64,000 nt of DNA, taken from positions 117,984-181,983 of the forward strand of contig JAHDYR010000019.1 of NCBI GenBank assembly GCA_019828565.1, written 5' to 3'. The notes below the pieces were generated by a model that saw only the letters and a list, made by a program, of their open reading frames with translations, made no database searches and was not told the DNA's origin. Position 1 is the stretch's first letter; each line of letters begins with the position of its first letter. Source of the DNA: Carpediemonas membranifera BICM (taxonomy: Eukaryota; Protista; Fornicata). Below are positions 29,766 to 39,977 of this stretch, one piece after another. Both the position numbers and the translations under genes were made by a program.

Positions 29766-32700
29766 TCAGTCGCTCCCTCCCTCAACGTTGACGTCCTCAG
29801 CGTCGACCTCGACTGCAGGCTCTTCAGCGACACCGTAGTTGACCACCACCTCCTCCTCGGCATCAGAGGTCGAGACCGAGCTGACACTCTCCGGGACAGC
29901 AGGGTAGGCCTCAGCCTGGCCTCCGACGACCTCGTCCTCCTCATGCTTGAGCTGGTCGGCGATGGGGGCCCACTTTTCCTTCTTAGGGCGGCGGGCAGCA
30001 CCGATCTTACCAAGGAGCTTGGCGAGGGGCGCAGGGATGGGGACCAGATGCTGGATGAAGCCGATGGGGATGGACAGGAAAGCGATGGCGATGGTGTACA
30101 CCCACTCATGGGGCTCGAGAAGGTGGACGCGGACGGCGTACGACCCGAAGGCGACGATGAGAACCTGGAGCACGACGGTGGCGACCATGACGATGATGAA
30201 CATGGGGCTCTTGTGGATGTTCTGGAGAATGTTCCAATCCAGCCAGGTGATCTTACGGGCGTTGAGCTCGTTGAACAGCTGGCTAAAGACGAACGTGTTG
30301 AAGATGATCGTATCCTTGCGGTAGACGACGGTGTCCGAGTCGTAGAAGAAGCTCAGCACGGGCGCGTCGCGGAGATACTGGGCGTTCTTCTGGCCGTCAG
30401 GCAGGATAGCCATGAAGACGAAGAGCACGACCAGTTGGAACACAGACTGGAAGGCGATGTTCTTCCACATGTCGGGCGAGATCAGAGCCTCGTAGCGGCC
30501 GTACGGCTTGCGCTTGAGGAGGCCCTCATGGGGCCCCTCAGTGGCGAGGGCGAGGGCGGCGAGGGTGTCCATGATGAGGTTGACCCAGAGAAGCTGGACA
30601 GCGCCGAGGGGAGACTCGCCGAGGAAGAGGGCGCCGGTGAAGGCGATGACGAGGGCTACGACGTTGACGGTGAGCTGGAACTGCAGGAACTTCCGGATGT
30701 TGTCATAAACTGCACGCCCCCATAGGATGGCCATTTCGACAGAGTGGAAGTTATCGTCGAGCAGGATGATGTCGGAGGCCTCCTTGGCGACCTCAGTGCC
30801 GCTGATGCCCATGGCAAGGCCGACGTCAGCCTCCTTGAGCGCGGGGGCGTCGTTGGCGCCGTCGCCCGTGACAGCCACGACCTCGCCGAGAGCACGGAGC
30901 CTGGTGACGAGCTTGAGCTTATCAGAAGGGGTCGACCTGGCGACGACCTGGAGAGTAGGGATGACGGCGTCGAGCTCGGCGTCCGTCATGCGGCGGAGCT
31001 CGGGCCCGGTGATGGCAGTGCCCGTCTCGGTCAGGATGTTGCAGGACCGGGCGATGGACTTGGCGGTGAGGATGTTGTCGCCCGTGACCATGCGGACCAT
31101 GATGCCCGCCATCTGGCAGCGGCGGACGGACTCGGGCACCTCCTCGCGGAGGGGGTCCATGATGCCAGTCAGGCCGACGCACGTGAGCTCCTTCTCGTTG
31201 AGGTCTGAGTCGTTAAGCTGCTCGGGGGTCTGGCCCGGCTCGATGTCGCGGTATGCAAGGATGATGGTGCGGAGGCCGTTCGAGGCGAGGCTGATGATGG
31301 CCTCGTCGATGGACTTGCGGACACCATCGGTCATGGGGGCGACCTGGCCCTGCTCGTCGAGGTACGACGTGCACAGGGAGAGCACCATCTCAGAGGCGCC
31401 CTTGCAGAAGATGCGGGGGCCAGCGTGGGCGGTGAAGTCGCGGGCGGCCTCCTCGTAGCTCGACTGGGTCATGTCGACGACCTTGGACATGCGCTTACGG
31501 TCAGAGTTGAAGTCGTACTCGGTGATCTCGGACGTGGCCTTGCGGACGGGGACGTAGTCGAGGCCCCAGTTCCGGGAGAGCTGGAGGAGCGCGCACTCGG
31601 TCTTCGAGCCGACGAACTCAGGCTGGCCGGCCTCGTCGACCTGCAGGAAGGCAGTGCTGTTGACTGCGGAGCCGACACCGATGTGGGCGACGATGGACGC
31701 GGGGAGCTCGTCGCGGGCGGGGACTCGGTCGAACAGTCTGCCCGCGAACCAGCCCTGGGTGACGGTCATCTTGTTCTGGGTCAGGGTGCCTGTCTTGTCG
31801 GAACAGATGTTGGTGGCGCCGCCCATGGTCTCGCAGGCGTTGAGGTGACGGACGAGGTTGTTGTCCTTCATCATACGCTTCATGGAGTAGGCCAGTGAGA
31901 TCGTCACAGCGAGGGGGAGGCCCTCGGGCACGGCGACGACGACGATGGTGACTGCGAGGATGATGAAGTCGATCCAGGCGGTGAGAGATGAGGCGTGGAA
32001 GGTGCCGTTGTCGATGATGACCTTCTTCACGATCTCCTTGTACGCCCAGCGGATGCCGAGGACGAGGACGGTGAAGAGTGCGGTGCCGGCGCCGAAGTAC
32101 CCGATGAGCTTGGCGAGGGAGTCGAGCTTGTTCTGGAGGGGAGTGGGCTCGGGCTCCTTGACGAGGGAGGCGAGGGTCCTGCCCCACTCAGAGTGGATGC
32201 CGACGTTGGTGACGACCATGGCGCCGTTGCCAGTGGCGATGGTGCAGCCGCACAGCATGAACGGCGAGCTCTTCGGGTCCTTGTTCACGGTGACGGACTC
32301 GCCCGTGAGAGCAGACTCGTCCGACTCGAGGTTGATGGCGCGGATGAGGACGCCGTCGGCGGGGAGCTGGTCGCCCTGCTGGAGGTCGACGACGTCACCA
32401 ACGGCGAGGTCGTGGATGTTGATAGTCTGCTGGACGCCCGTGCGGATGACGGTGACCATACGGTCCTCCTTGGCAGCGTTCAGCTTGCGGAACTGGCGCT
32501 CCTTGGACCAGTCATTGAAAGCAGTGACAGTGCAGACGATGACGATGGCGGCGAGGATGGCGACACCCTCGATCCAGTCCCAGTTGCCCTCGCTGCCCTC
32601 GTCCTCCTTGGGGATGAAGGAAAGGAGGAAGGAGATGATGGCGGAGATGATTAGGATGATGAGGATCGGGTCCTTGAGGCACTCGAGCCAAAGACGAATG

Positions 32701-32942
32701 AAGGACTTGCTCTTGGGCGTGGCATGGACGTTGCGGCCGAAAGCGGAGAAACGATCAGCGCATGCATTGTCAATATCAATCTGGCCAAGACCATCTTCAG
32801 AGGTCTTCAGCTTCTCGAACAGGACGGGCAAGCCGCCAAATTCCTCGAGCTTCTTGGTCCCGTTCTCACGGGACTCCATCAGCTCATCTAGCTGTTCGAC
32901 TGTTACACCAAAAATCGACGCTTCATGGCTATCTGCGTCCAT
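29766..32942 (-). CDS. PMCA: P2B-type (PMCA-like) Ca2+-ATPase
   Basis: DESALTGES, VVAVPEGLPLAVT, CSDKTGTLT, VTGDN, TGDGANDAPAL, FLQFQLTVNV, QLLWVNLIMDTLAALALATE. Confidence 0.96.
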   Translation of the reverse strand: MDADSHEASIFGVTVEQLDELMESRENGTKKLEEFGGLPVLFEKLKTSEDGLGQIDIDNACADRFSAFGRNVHATPKSKSFIRLWLECLKDPILIILIISAIISFLLSFIPKEDEGSEGNWDWIEGVAILAAIVIVCTVTAFNDWSKERQFRKLNAAKEDRMVTVIRTGVQQTINIHDLAVGDVVDLQQGDQLPADGVLIRAINLESDESALTGESVTVNKDPKSSPFMLCGCTIATGNGAMVVTNVGIHSEWGRTLASLVKEPEPTPLQNKLDSLAKLIGYFGAGTALFTVLVLGIRWAYKEIVKKVIIDNGTFHASSLTAWIDFIILAVTIVVVAVPEGLPLAVTISLAYSMKRMMKDNNLVRHLNACETMGGATNICSDKTGTLTQNKMTVTQGWFAGRLFDRVPARDELPASIVAHIGVGSAVNSTAFLQVDEAGQPEFVGSKTECALLQLSRNWGLDYVPVRKATSEITEYDFNSDRKRMSKVVDMTQSSYEEAARDFTAHAGPRIFCKGASEMVLSLCTSYLDEQGQVAPMTDGVRKSIDEAIISLASNGLRTIILAYRDIEPGQTPEQLNDSDLNEKELTCVGLTGIMDPLREEVPESVRRCQMAGIMVRMVTGDNILTAKSIARSCNILTETGTAITGPELRRMTDAELDAVIPTLQVVARSTPSDKLKLVTRLRALGEVVAVTGDGANDAPALKEADVGLAMGISGTEVAKEASDIILLDDNFHSVEMAILWGRAVYDNIRKFLQFQLTVNVVALVIAFTGALFLGESPLGAVQLLWVNLIMDTLAALALATEGPHEGLLKRKPYGRYEALISPDMWKNIAFQSVFQLVVLFVFMAILPDGQKNAQYLRDAPVLSFFYDSDTVVYRKDTIIFNTFVFSQLFNELNARKITWLDWNILQNIHKSPMFIIVMVATVVLQVLIVAFGSYAVRVHLLEPHEWVYTIAIAFLSIPIGFIQHLVPIPAPLAKLLGKIGAARRPKKEKWAPIADQLKHEEDEVVGGQAEAYPAVPESVSSVSTSDAEEEVVVNYGVAEEPAVEVDAEDVNVEGGSD

Positions 32943-33339
32943 AACGGCTGTGTAGCGGCCTTGGGATTGTGTGCCTTATTCTGCACGCCATCGCCGATTT
33001 CGTCGATTTTTCTCAACTTGTCATTTCTCAGTCTTGGACAATGCGCTGGCTATGCCACCATAACTATGGGATGAATGCGTGCTCGGGAGTTCGGGCGAGC
33101 GTGTTGACTCCTTGGAGTCGCCACAGAGTCGTTTTTGATTCGTGCTCAAGACTACTTTTGACAAATTCTGAAGATTCTGTGATAGCTTTGGACGGTCTTC
33201 AAGCTCGGCAGTACTCAGCATACACTAATGACTCACTCAGCCCAGTATTAGATTCTGGCATCCGCTCAAATTGGTGAGTGAGTCAAATCTTTTTTGGGAC
33301 GAACTCGATCTTCACGAGTGGAAGTTAGGCAATCATCTA

Positions 33340-34068
33340 TATGTTGTGCGCACGGTACAAATCAGACATAACAAGGTCTTGCTTGTCCGATTCTGGCCTG
33401 TCAGACCCCCTCGAGGCAGTCCCCCTCGACCAGGAAGGAGGGGACTCAATGTCGACGGAGACTCTGGTCCCGGAGACCATGATTCCCGCGGGCACCCCGA
33501 GAGCGCTGCTGACGGAGTATACCATCCATCGGCGAGGTCACCTCCACCGAAAAGGTTGATGTCTGGTTGACTGTAGTAAGAATAAGAACCACCGACCGGG
33601 ATACATTCACCGGACGATCTCGTTCCGCACCGGTCTGGGTCAGGTATTCTGACTGGCATGCTGGCTCAGAGTCAGTCAGGGAAAGTGCCCACAATGCTTG
33701 AGTTCTTCTGCTCACACAGAAATGACGACCTACCGGCCAGAGCCCTTCCAGTACCCATCGCAGACAGCAAGAGAGACTTCGACGCACAAGCAAACTACAA
33801 AGCAAAGCAATATAGCCGCTATAGCGTCGATCTCGTCATTCTGAACATGGCTCCGGATGGCGCCAACTTAGACACAGTCGCCAACAAGCTTCACAACAAA
33901 CTCAAGACTGCCATCGGTCCTAAGCCTTCCAAGAAGTCCTACATCAAGTACGCCATCGCTGAGCGCTTCCTCCAGGCAATGGTCACCTGCGTCCACAACT
34001 ACAACGCCATCGCACACCGGGACCACGCGTACTGCCTCGCCCATGACATCCCCTCCCATGACTACTAG
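33340..34068 (+). mobile_element. Degenerate 3' remnant of an RLE-type non-LTR retrotransposon
   Basis: ORF 33658-34068 reads LEFFCSH...AQANYKAKQY...LVILNMAPDG...ERFLQAMVTCVHNYNA, resembling the end of a restriction-like endonuclease (K..xY, hydrophobic-x-G, terminal helix-NA). Upstream frames are broken; no RT, TSD or poly(A) seen. Confidence 0.4.
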
Positions 34069-34353
34069 TTCACGTCTACGTCTCCACCAATCTCAACCTT
34101 TACGTGAGCAATCATAAATTGGATAAGTCAGAAGCTCGGAGTCTTACTACGTGACTCTTCTTCATGCCACTCTGCTCGGCACTGGGTCGGGCAACCGAGC
34201 ACAAAATTCCTGCTGGACGTACAAGTAGCAGGCGCAGCATGACGCCCTCGAGTGCCCAGGTTTCCGGCTATCGTGGTGCATTCTGTGGCACAATATCCGT
34301 GGCCAAGTCTTTGTTCGCTGCATAACCATTCCTATCAGGATAACGGCATAGGA

Positions 34354-37300
34354 ATGAGCATTCAGAATGACAAGACGTCATACGAAGACACAAATACGCC
34401 AGTTACGGGCAAATCAGAGGCTGAACTCACGTCTTTTCAACATGAAGGCGACGATATCAACCAACAACACAACAATAGATCCACACAAGACAATAACAGT
34501 AGTACAGATGATAATCTCTCCCTGCATGTCCCTGCAACCGTCCCACCGGTTCCCCCACCGATGCCTCCATCCCAGAGCCCGACATACGCCAAGACCAAAG
34601 GTCCAAGGGACAACCAGTCGCTGATCGACGCCTCGGCGAAGGGCGATGTTGCCCTGGTTGGAGCCCTGCTCCTTTCCAAGGCTCACCCCGACCTCCGCGG
34701 CCTTGCTGGGCGGACTGCCCTCATCGAAGCATCCGCAGGTGGAAACATGAGGATCGTCGAGCTGCTGACGAATGATGGGGCAGGGATTAACCTGCAGGAC
34801 GAGGACGGCTGCACTGCCCTCATGGCAGCGTGCGAGAATGGCCACGTGGACGTTGTCAGGGTCCTTCTCGATAGAGGTGCCGACTGCACAAAGGCCTTGC
34901 TCTCCAATGGCCGCACCGCCCTGTACCTCGCCTCGTTCTTTGGTCATGCCGACATCGCCGAGCTTCTGCTGGATGCGGCAGCCAATATGGTCGACGTGAC
35001 CAATAAGGATGGCAAGTCGCCCCTATACGCCGCTTCTGTCAGTGGGCATGCTCGCTGTGCAAGACTCCTGCTCGACCGTGGCGCCGACGTCAGTCATCCC
35101 TCAGACCTGCATGATAACCCGCTCATCGCCGCCGCATGTTGGGGTCATGTCGAGATCATCGAATTGCTCCTCGATGCTGGAGCGATCCTCGACCTGCAGA
35201 ACGACGAAGGATTCACGGCTCTCATGCTGACGTGTTTAGGGAGCCACGCCGAGTGCACCAGATCACTGCTTGCTGCCGGGGCGGACTGCACCAAGGTCCA
35301 CTCGAGTGGCTGCAGCGCACTCTGTATTGCAGCCGAGAACGGGTTTGTAGAAATTGCAAGCCTGTTGCTGGACGCCAATAGATCAATGGTAGACATCGCC
35401 GACAACGACAGCTGGTCTCCTCTCTTCTGGGCCGCGGCTGAGAGCCACCTCGACCTCGCCCGGCTCCTCCTCGAGCACGGTGCGAACCCCAATCACCGAG
35501 CCAATGACGGCCGTACGCCTCTCATGGCAGCTACTCTAGACAACAACGTCGAGATCATCGAACTTCTCATCAAATGTGGTTGGGCCGACCTCAGCATGCG
35601 AGATGGCAACAGTCTGACAGCCCTGGACCTCGCTTGTATCAGGGGTCACGTCGAGACAGTCACCGTACTCGTCGAGGCTGGATCGGAATACTTGTCAACG
35701 CCAACCCCGCTTGTCTTAGCCGCGTTTCACAACCAGGTCGCCATTGTCGAGTTGCTGCTCAATGCTGGGGCGACCCTCGACCTGCAGAGGAAGGATGGAA
35801 GGACTGCGCTCATGGTAGCCTGCGTCAACGGACACGCGGACAGTGCGGGCTTTCTCGTCAGTGCCGGCGCAGACTGCACCAAGGTTTCTTCCACCGGCGC
35901 CAGCGCTCTGTACCTTGCTGCCCTCTTTGGTTTTGCTGGCATCGTCAAGCTGCTGCTGGACGCCAATCAATCCATGATCAACGTCGCCAATAAGGATGGC
36001 TCGACGCCTCTACATGCATCAGCCGATGGTCATATAGACGTCGTCCGTCTCCTCATCGACCGCGGGGCCAATCTAGACTGCCGCGCCAATGACGGCCGGA
36101 CCCCGCTCATGGCCGCTGCAATCAATAACCACGTTGAGATCATCAAGCTGCTCGCCGATTCCGGGGCGACCCTCGACCTGCAGAGGAAGGATGGAAGGAC
36201 TGCGCTCATGGTAGCCTGCGTCAACGGACACGCGGACAGTGCGGGCTTTCTCGTCAGTGCCGGCGCAGACTGCACCAAGGTTTCTTCCACCGGCGCCAGC
36301 GCTCTGTACCTTGCTGCCCTCTTTGGTTTTGCTGGCATCGTCAAGCTGCTGCTGGACGCCAATCAATCCATGATCAACGTCGCCAATAAGGATGGCTCGA
36401 CGCCTCTACATGCATCAGCCGATGGTCATATAGACGTCGTCCGTCTCCTCATCGACCGCGGGGCCAATCTAGACTGCCGCGCCAATGACGGCCGGACCCC
36501 GCTCATGGCCGCTGCAATCAATAACCACGTTGAGATCATCAAGCTGCTCGCCGATTCCGGGGCGACCCTCGACCTGCGGGAAACGGACGGCACGACGGCC
36601 CTCACTAACGCCTGCATCAACGGACACCGCAGCTCTGTGCTGGCGTTGCTCGAGGCTGGGGCAAGCGTGTCATTCGCATCTGTGTATGGAACATGCCTCA
36701 AGACGGCCGCTGAACAAGGATATGACGACATCATACTCATGCTCCTGCAATACGGCGCCGATGTTAATGCAGCTGGGGGGTTCAGAATAACCGCACTTCA
36801 CGCGGCGGTAATGGCGAATAGGACCTCCTGCGTGCGTCTATTGCTTCGGGCCGGGTGTAATGTCAACGCCCGCGATCGATTAGGGCGCACGGCAACGTTC
36901 ATGGCCGCACACGGCGGGAACGACGAGATCCTCGCCATGCTCATCGCGGCAGGCGCTGATGTGACCATCCCTGCTCGATCAAGCCTGCTCGGCCGGGCCA
37001 GACGCCCCAGAAAGATCGCCCAGGCCAAGGGCCACGAGCGCTGCGTCGCCCTGCTCGACAAACCTGCCCAGTGCGGCCCGCTCGACTTCGACGTGGGCTC
37101 GCTCCAGTTCCGTTCGATCCGCCCCCCGCCGACCCGGGCCATGCTGTGGGATACGAGTATGAATGCCATGCAGTTTTCGAGAGAGGTTTTTTATCATGGA
37201 GACGCCCCTTTGGCCACTGGTTTATTCACATTTTGGACTGTCTATCGAGCATATATTATCGAGACGGTGACTATCACGGTCGGTCCGCTTATGGAATACT

Positions 37301-39771
37301 TGGAACAACGATATAACGGCCAATCCCCCTTGCAAGATGCTGCCAGGAGTGGAAACATCGACCTCCTTCGCTACTTTGCCACGACATCGCCGGGCAAGAT
37401 CAACTGTACCGACAACAACGGCCGGTCGCCCTTGTTCACTGCCTCCCAGCACGGCCACACAACCTGCGCCCAGTTTCTTATCGACCATGGCGCCGACCCA
37501 AACCAGTGTTCAAAGACTGGATTTACCTGCCTGATTTCCGCGACGATTGAAGGGTTTTCAGACGTTGTGCGAGTCCTCCTCGTCGGCGGGGCAGACCCCA
37601 CCAACGTTCTTCCTAACGGCCGCAGCGCCCTGCATGTGGCCGCCCAGAATGGCTTCACCACCATCATCAGGCGGTTACTAGGAAATGAGCCCAAGCTGGT
37701 TGATATAGTCGACTCGTACGGCAAGACCGCCCTCATCTATGCCTGCTCGAAGGGTTACGCTGAGACAGCCCAGTTGCTGCTTGACGCTGGCGCGAATGCG
37801 AGTTACAGCTGCAATTCCGGCACGTGTCTTAGCTATGCCGCTCATTTTGGCCACGCAGACCTCATCCTGTTGCTCTTGCAATGCGGAGCCGAGGTCGATG
37901 CTCTGGTAATGTCTGGGAGTACTGCCTTGCATAAAGCCGCCCAGGCAGGCCGAGCTTCGTGTGTCCGTCTCTTGTTGCAAGCCGGCTGCGACGTCAACGC
38001 CCGCAGTCGGTCGGGATCCACCGCCGCCCTGCTCGCGGCAGAGAAGGGCCATTTCGACATCCTCAGGCTGCTTATCGGAGCCGGCGCTGACATCACCATA
38101 CCGCGTGGTGACCGCAAGGCCCGGGACGTCGCCCGATCTAATGGTCACGGCGACTGCGTTTACTTGCTCGACAACCCCGACCAGTTCCCGGTCGACATCA
38201 AGCCGGGCTCGCTAGTTATACATCCCAGGACCCAGCGTCCAGCCAAGACCAGGTCTACCGGAGACGTGCCAGTCGATGACACGCATGCTACCCTGCCGAT
38301 GAAAGCAAAGCGTGCACTGTATGTCGAGGCCAACCTACGCCGAACCCGCCGTCTCTTGGCTGAGTTCAAGTCGACCTCGACCGCCAAAGTACTGGAGGCA
38401 AACCACAACAGCACCCGGCTACTTGAAGCCGACCTTGCCCGACTCAGTCCGGTCTCCTCGCTTCACATGGATCCGATGCCCCTCCTAGAGGGGCGGGTGC
38501 GGGAGGCGCTGGAGAGGAGCGACACCATGCACAGCTTCGTCGTCCGCGGGGATGTCCGTCGGATGAGGTCGAGAAAGCTGCTCCGGAGCGGCAAGTTCGG
38601 CCCCGTAGTCCTCAACTGTCTCGACTGGGAGGGCCGGTCGCCCCTGTACAACGCGTTCGTGCACAACCAGCCGCAAGCCTTCGCTGCTCTGCTCAAGGCA
38701 GGGTGCCTACTCGACGACGCCTTCCCGGACGGCCACCCACTGCTGGCCGTCATCACCAAGCCCGCGATACTGGACGAGATGCTGATGGCGAAGGTCAACG
38801 TCAACGTCATCAGCCGGGGCACCACCGCGCTCGTCGCAGCCATCCAGGGCGGCCACGTGGACTCTGCCCGAAAGCTGCTCTCCCACGGGGCCGACCCGCT
38901 CCTCCCGGCCGACGGAGTCAACGCGATGCATGCCATTCGAGCCTTCCCCGACACAGTCGTGGCCAAGGGGCTCCTCTGCCGAGCCCACGGCATGCACCCG
39001 CACCTGGTCGATGCGGCTGTGGCAGACCCCCCTCCTGCCCCGCCAGTGGCCCCCTTCCCTGTCATCGCAGGGCACGACTCTGAGTTGCACGATGGCTTCT
39101 GTCTCGGCAACGCGAGCTATCGTAACAACGCTGGCGGCGGTGACTGCGCCTTCTTCGCTCTCCACAACCTTGACCCAACCATCTTCAGCGGCTATCTAGA
39201 ATGGACCCGCGCCGCCGCCCGGGCACTGCTGGGGAGCTACAGTGCCCCTATCGACCTGACCGAGACGGGGTACACCCACGAGGAGCTCCGCGGGATGTTC
39301 GAGGGTAAGAACTTCGTCAACCTGCCCGCACTCTGGGCGATCCAGCTGTACCTGTCGGGGCGGGTCAGAGCAGAGACCGTCGGCCAGTTCGAGCTGATCC
39401 AGTATGCTTGTGCCTCTGCTGGCAGCAGCGTGCACCGGTCCATCGAGCGCTTCCACCTCGAGCTGTCCGACGACATGCTTGTGCTCCGCTGCACCTGTCT
39501 TGACCAGTACGCCGTCTCGCGCTTTGTCGCCTTCGCCGAGGGCGTCGGGTTCTCCCACGGCCACTACTTCAACGTCTACCCCACAGCAGACGTTCCCCGC
39601 CACGCCGGGTGGCACAGACCGGGGTCTGAGCAGCAGCATGTGTCAGCCGATCGTGGCGTTGAATCGGACGAGACGGTCCATGACAACCACGAACGGGTGT
39701 GGCATGGGAAGTACGGCAACTTCTGGTTCGCCCGACACCACCCGTACCCGGTGCCCCTGCTCCGGCCATAA
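34354..39771 (+). CDS. Giant ankyrin-repeat protein with a C-terminal OTU-like cysteine protease domain
   Basis: Roughly 30 G.T[AP]L..AA..G ankyrin repeats; C-terminal NNAGGGDCAFFAL (Cys loop) and SHGHYFNV (His loop). First ATG at 34354. Confidence 0.85.
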   Translation: MSIQNDKTSYEDTNTPVTGKSEAELTSFQHEGDDINQQHNNRSTQDNNSSTDDNLSLHVPATVPPVPPPMPPSQSPTYAKTKGPRDNQSLIDASAKGDVALVGALLLSKAHPDLRGLAGRTALIEASAGGNMRIVELLTNDGAGINLQDEDGCTALMAACENGHVDVVRVLLDRGADCTKALLSNGRTALYLASFFGHADIAELLLDAAANMVDVTNKDGKSPLYAASVSGHARCARLLLDRGADVSHPSDLHDNPLIAAACWGHVEIIELLLDAGAILDLQNDEGFTALMLTCLGSHAECTRSLLAAGADCTKVHSSGCSALCIAAENGFVEIASLLLDANRSMVDIADNDSWSPLFWAAAESHLDLARLLLEHGANPNHRANDGRTPLMAATLDNNVEIIELLIKCGWADLSMRDGNSLTALDLACIRGHVETVTVLVEAGSEYLSTPTPLVLAAFHNQVAIVELLLNAGATLDLQRKDGRTALMVACVNGHADSAGFLVSAGADCTKVSSTGASALYLAALFGFAGIVKLLLDANQSMINVANKDGSTPLHASADGHIDVVRLLIDRGANLDCRANDGRTPLMAAAINNHVEIIKLLADSGATLDLQRKDGRTALMVACVNGHADSAGFLVSAGADCTKVSSTGASALYLAALFGFAGIVKLLLDANQSMINVANKDGSTPLHASADGHIDVVRLLIDRGANLDCRANDGRTPLMAAAINNHVEIIKLLADSGATLDLRETDGTTALTNACINGHRSSVLALLEAGASVSFASVYGTCLKTAAEQGYDDIILMLLQYGADVNAAGGFRITALHAAVMANRTSCVRLLLRAGCNVNARDRLGRTATFMAAHGGNDEILAMLIAAGADVTIPARSSLLGRARRPRKIAQAKGHERCVALLDKPAQCGPLDFDVGSLQFRSIRPPPTRAMLWDTSMNAMQFSREVFYHGDAPLATGLFTFWTVYRAYIIETVTITVGPLMEYLEQRYNGQSPLQDAARSGNIDLLRYFATTSPGKINCTDNNGRSPLFTASQHGHTTCAQFLIDHGADPNQCSKTGFTCLISATIEGFSDVVRVLLVGGADPTNVLPNGRSALHVAAQNGFTTIIRRLLGNEPKLVDIVDSYGKTALIYACSKGYAETAQLLLDAGANASYSCNSGTCLSYAAHFGHADLILLLLQCGAEVDALVMSGSTALHKAAQAGRASCVRLLLQAGCDVNARSRSGSTAALLAAEKGHFDILRLLIGAGADITIPRGDRKARDVARSNGHGDCVYLLDNPDQFPVDIKPGSLVIHPRTQRPAKTRSTGDVPVDDTHATLPMKAKRALYVEANLRRTRRLLAEFKSTSTAKVLEANHNSTRLLEADLARLSPVSSLHMDPMPLLEGRVREALERSDTMHSFVVRGDVRRMRSRKLLRSGKFGPVVLNCLDWEGRSPLYNAFVHNQPQAFAALLKAGCLLDDAFPDGHPLLAVITKPAILDEMLMAKVNVNVISRGTTALVAAIQGGHVDSARKLLSHGADPLLPADGVNAMHAIRAFPDTVVAKGLLCRAHGMHPHLVDAAVADPPPAPPVAPFPVIAGHDSELHDGFCLGNASYRNNAGGGDCAFFALHNLDPTIFSGYLEWTRAAARALLGSYSAPIDLTETGYTHEELRGMFEGKNFVNLPALWAIQLYLSGRVRAETVGQFELIQYACASAGSSVHRSIERFHLELSDDMLVLRCTCLDQYAVSRFVAFAEGVGFSHGHYFNVYPTADVPRHAGWHRPGSEQQHVSADRGVESDETVHDNHERVWHGKYGNFWFARHHPYPVPLLRP
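35767..36577. repeat. Exact tandem duplication of a 396-bp (132-codon, four-ankyrin) unit
   Basis: ggggcgaccctcgacctgc recurs at 35767, 36163 and 36559; the two full units read identical. Confidence 0.9.
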
Positions 39772-39977
39772 CCGCGCCTGACCTCCGTATCCCCGCTTGA
39801 TCGGACGCAGGCCGACAGCCTAGGCGAATAAAGATTCCCTTACCATACAGAAGACGATTCCTGGGAGAGAACGCGACTCGACACTCATCTCTGACTCGGA
39901 GAATCCTTTGGCTAGATTTCTTTAGATTAGATAAATCTCTTCTGACCACAGCCATCACATCTTTACTCTCCGTTCGG

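Noticed and set aside
27189-32955. Long antisense ORFs over CFAP58 and PMCA
   Set aside because: Strong C/G-ending codon bias removes stops from the antisense frames.
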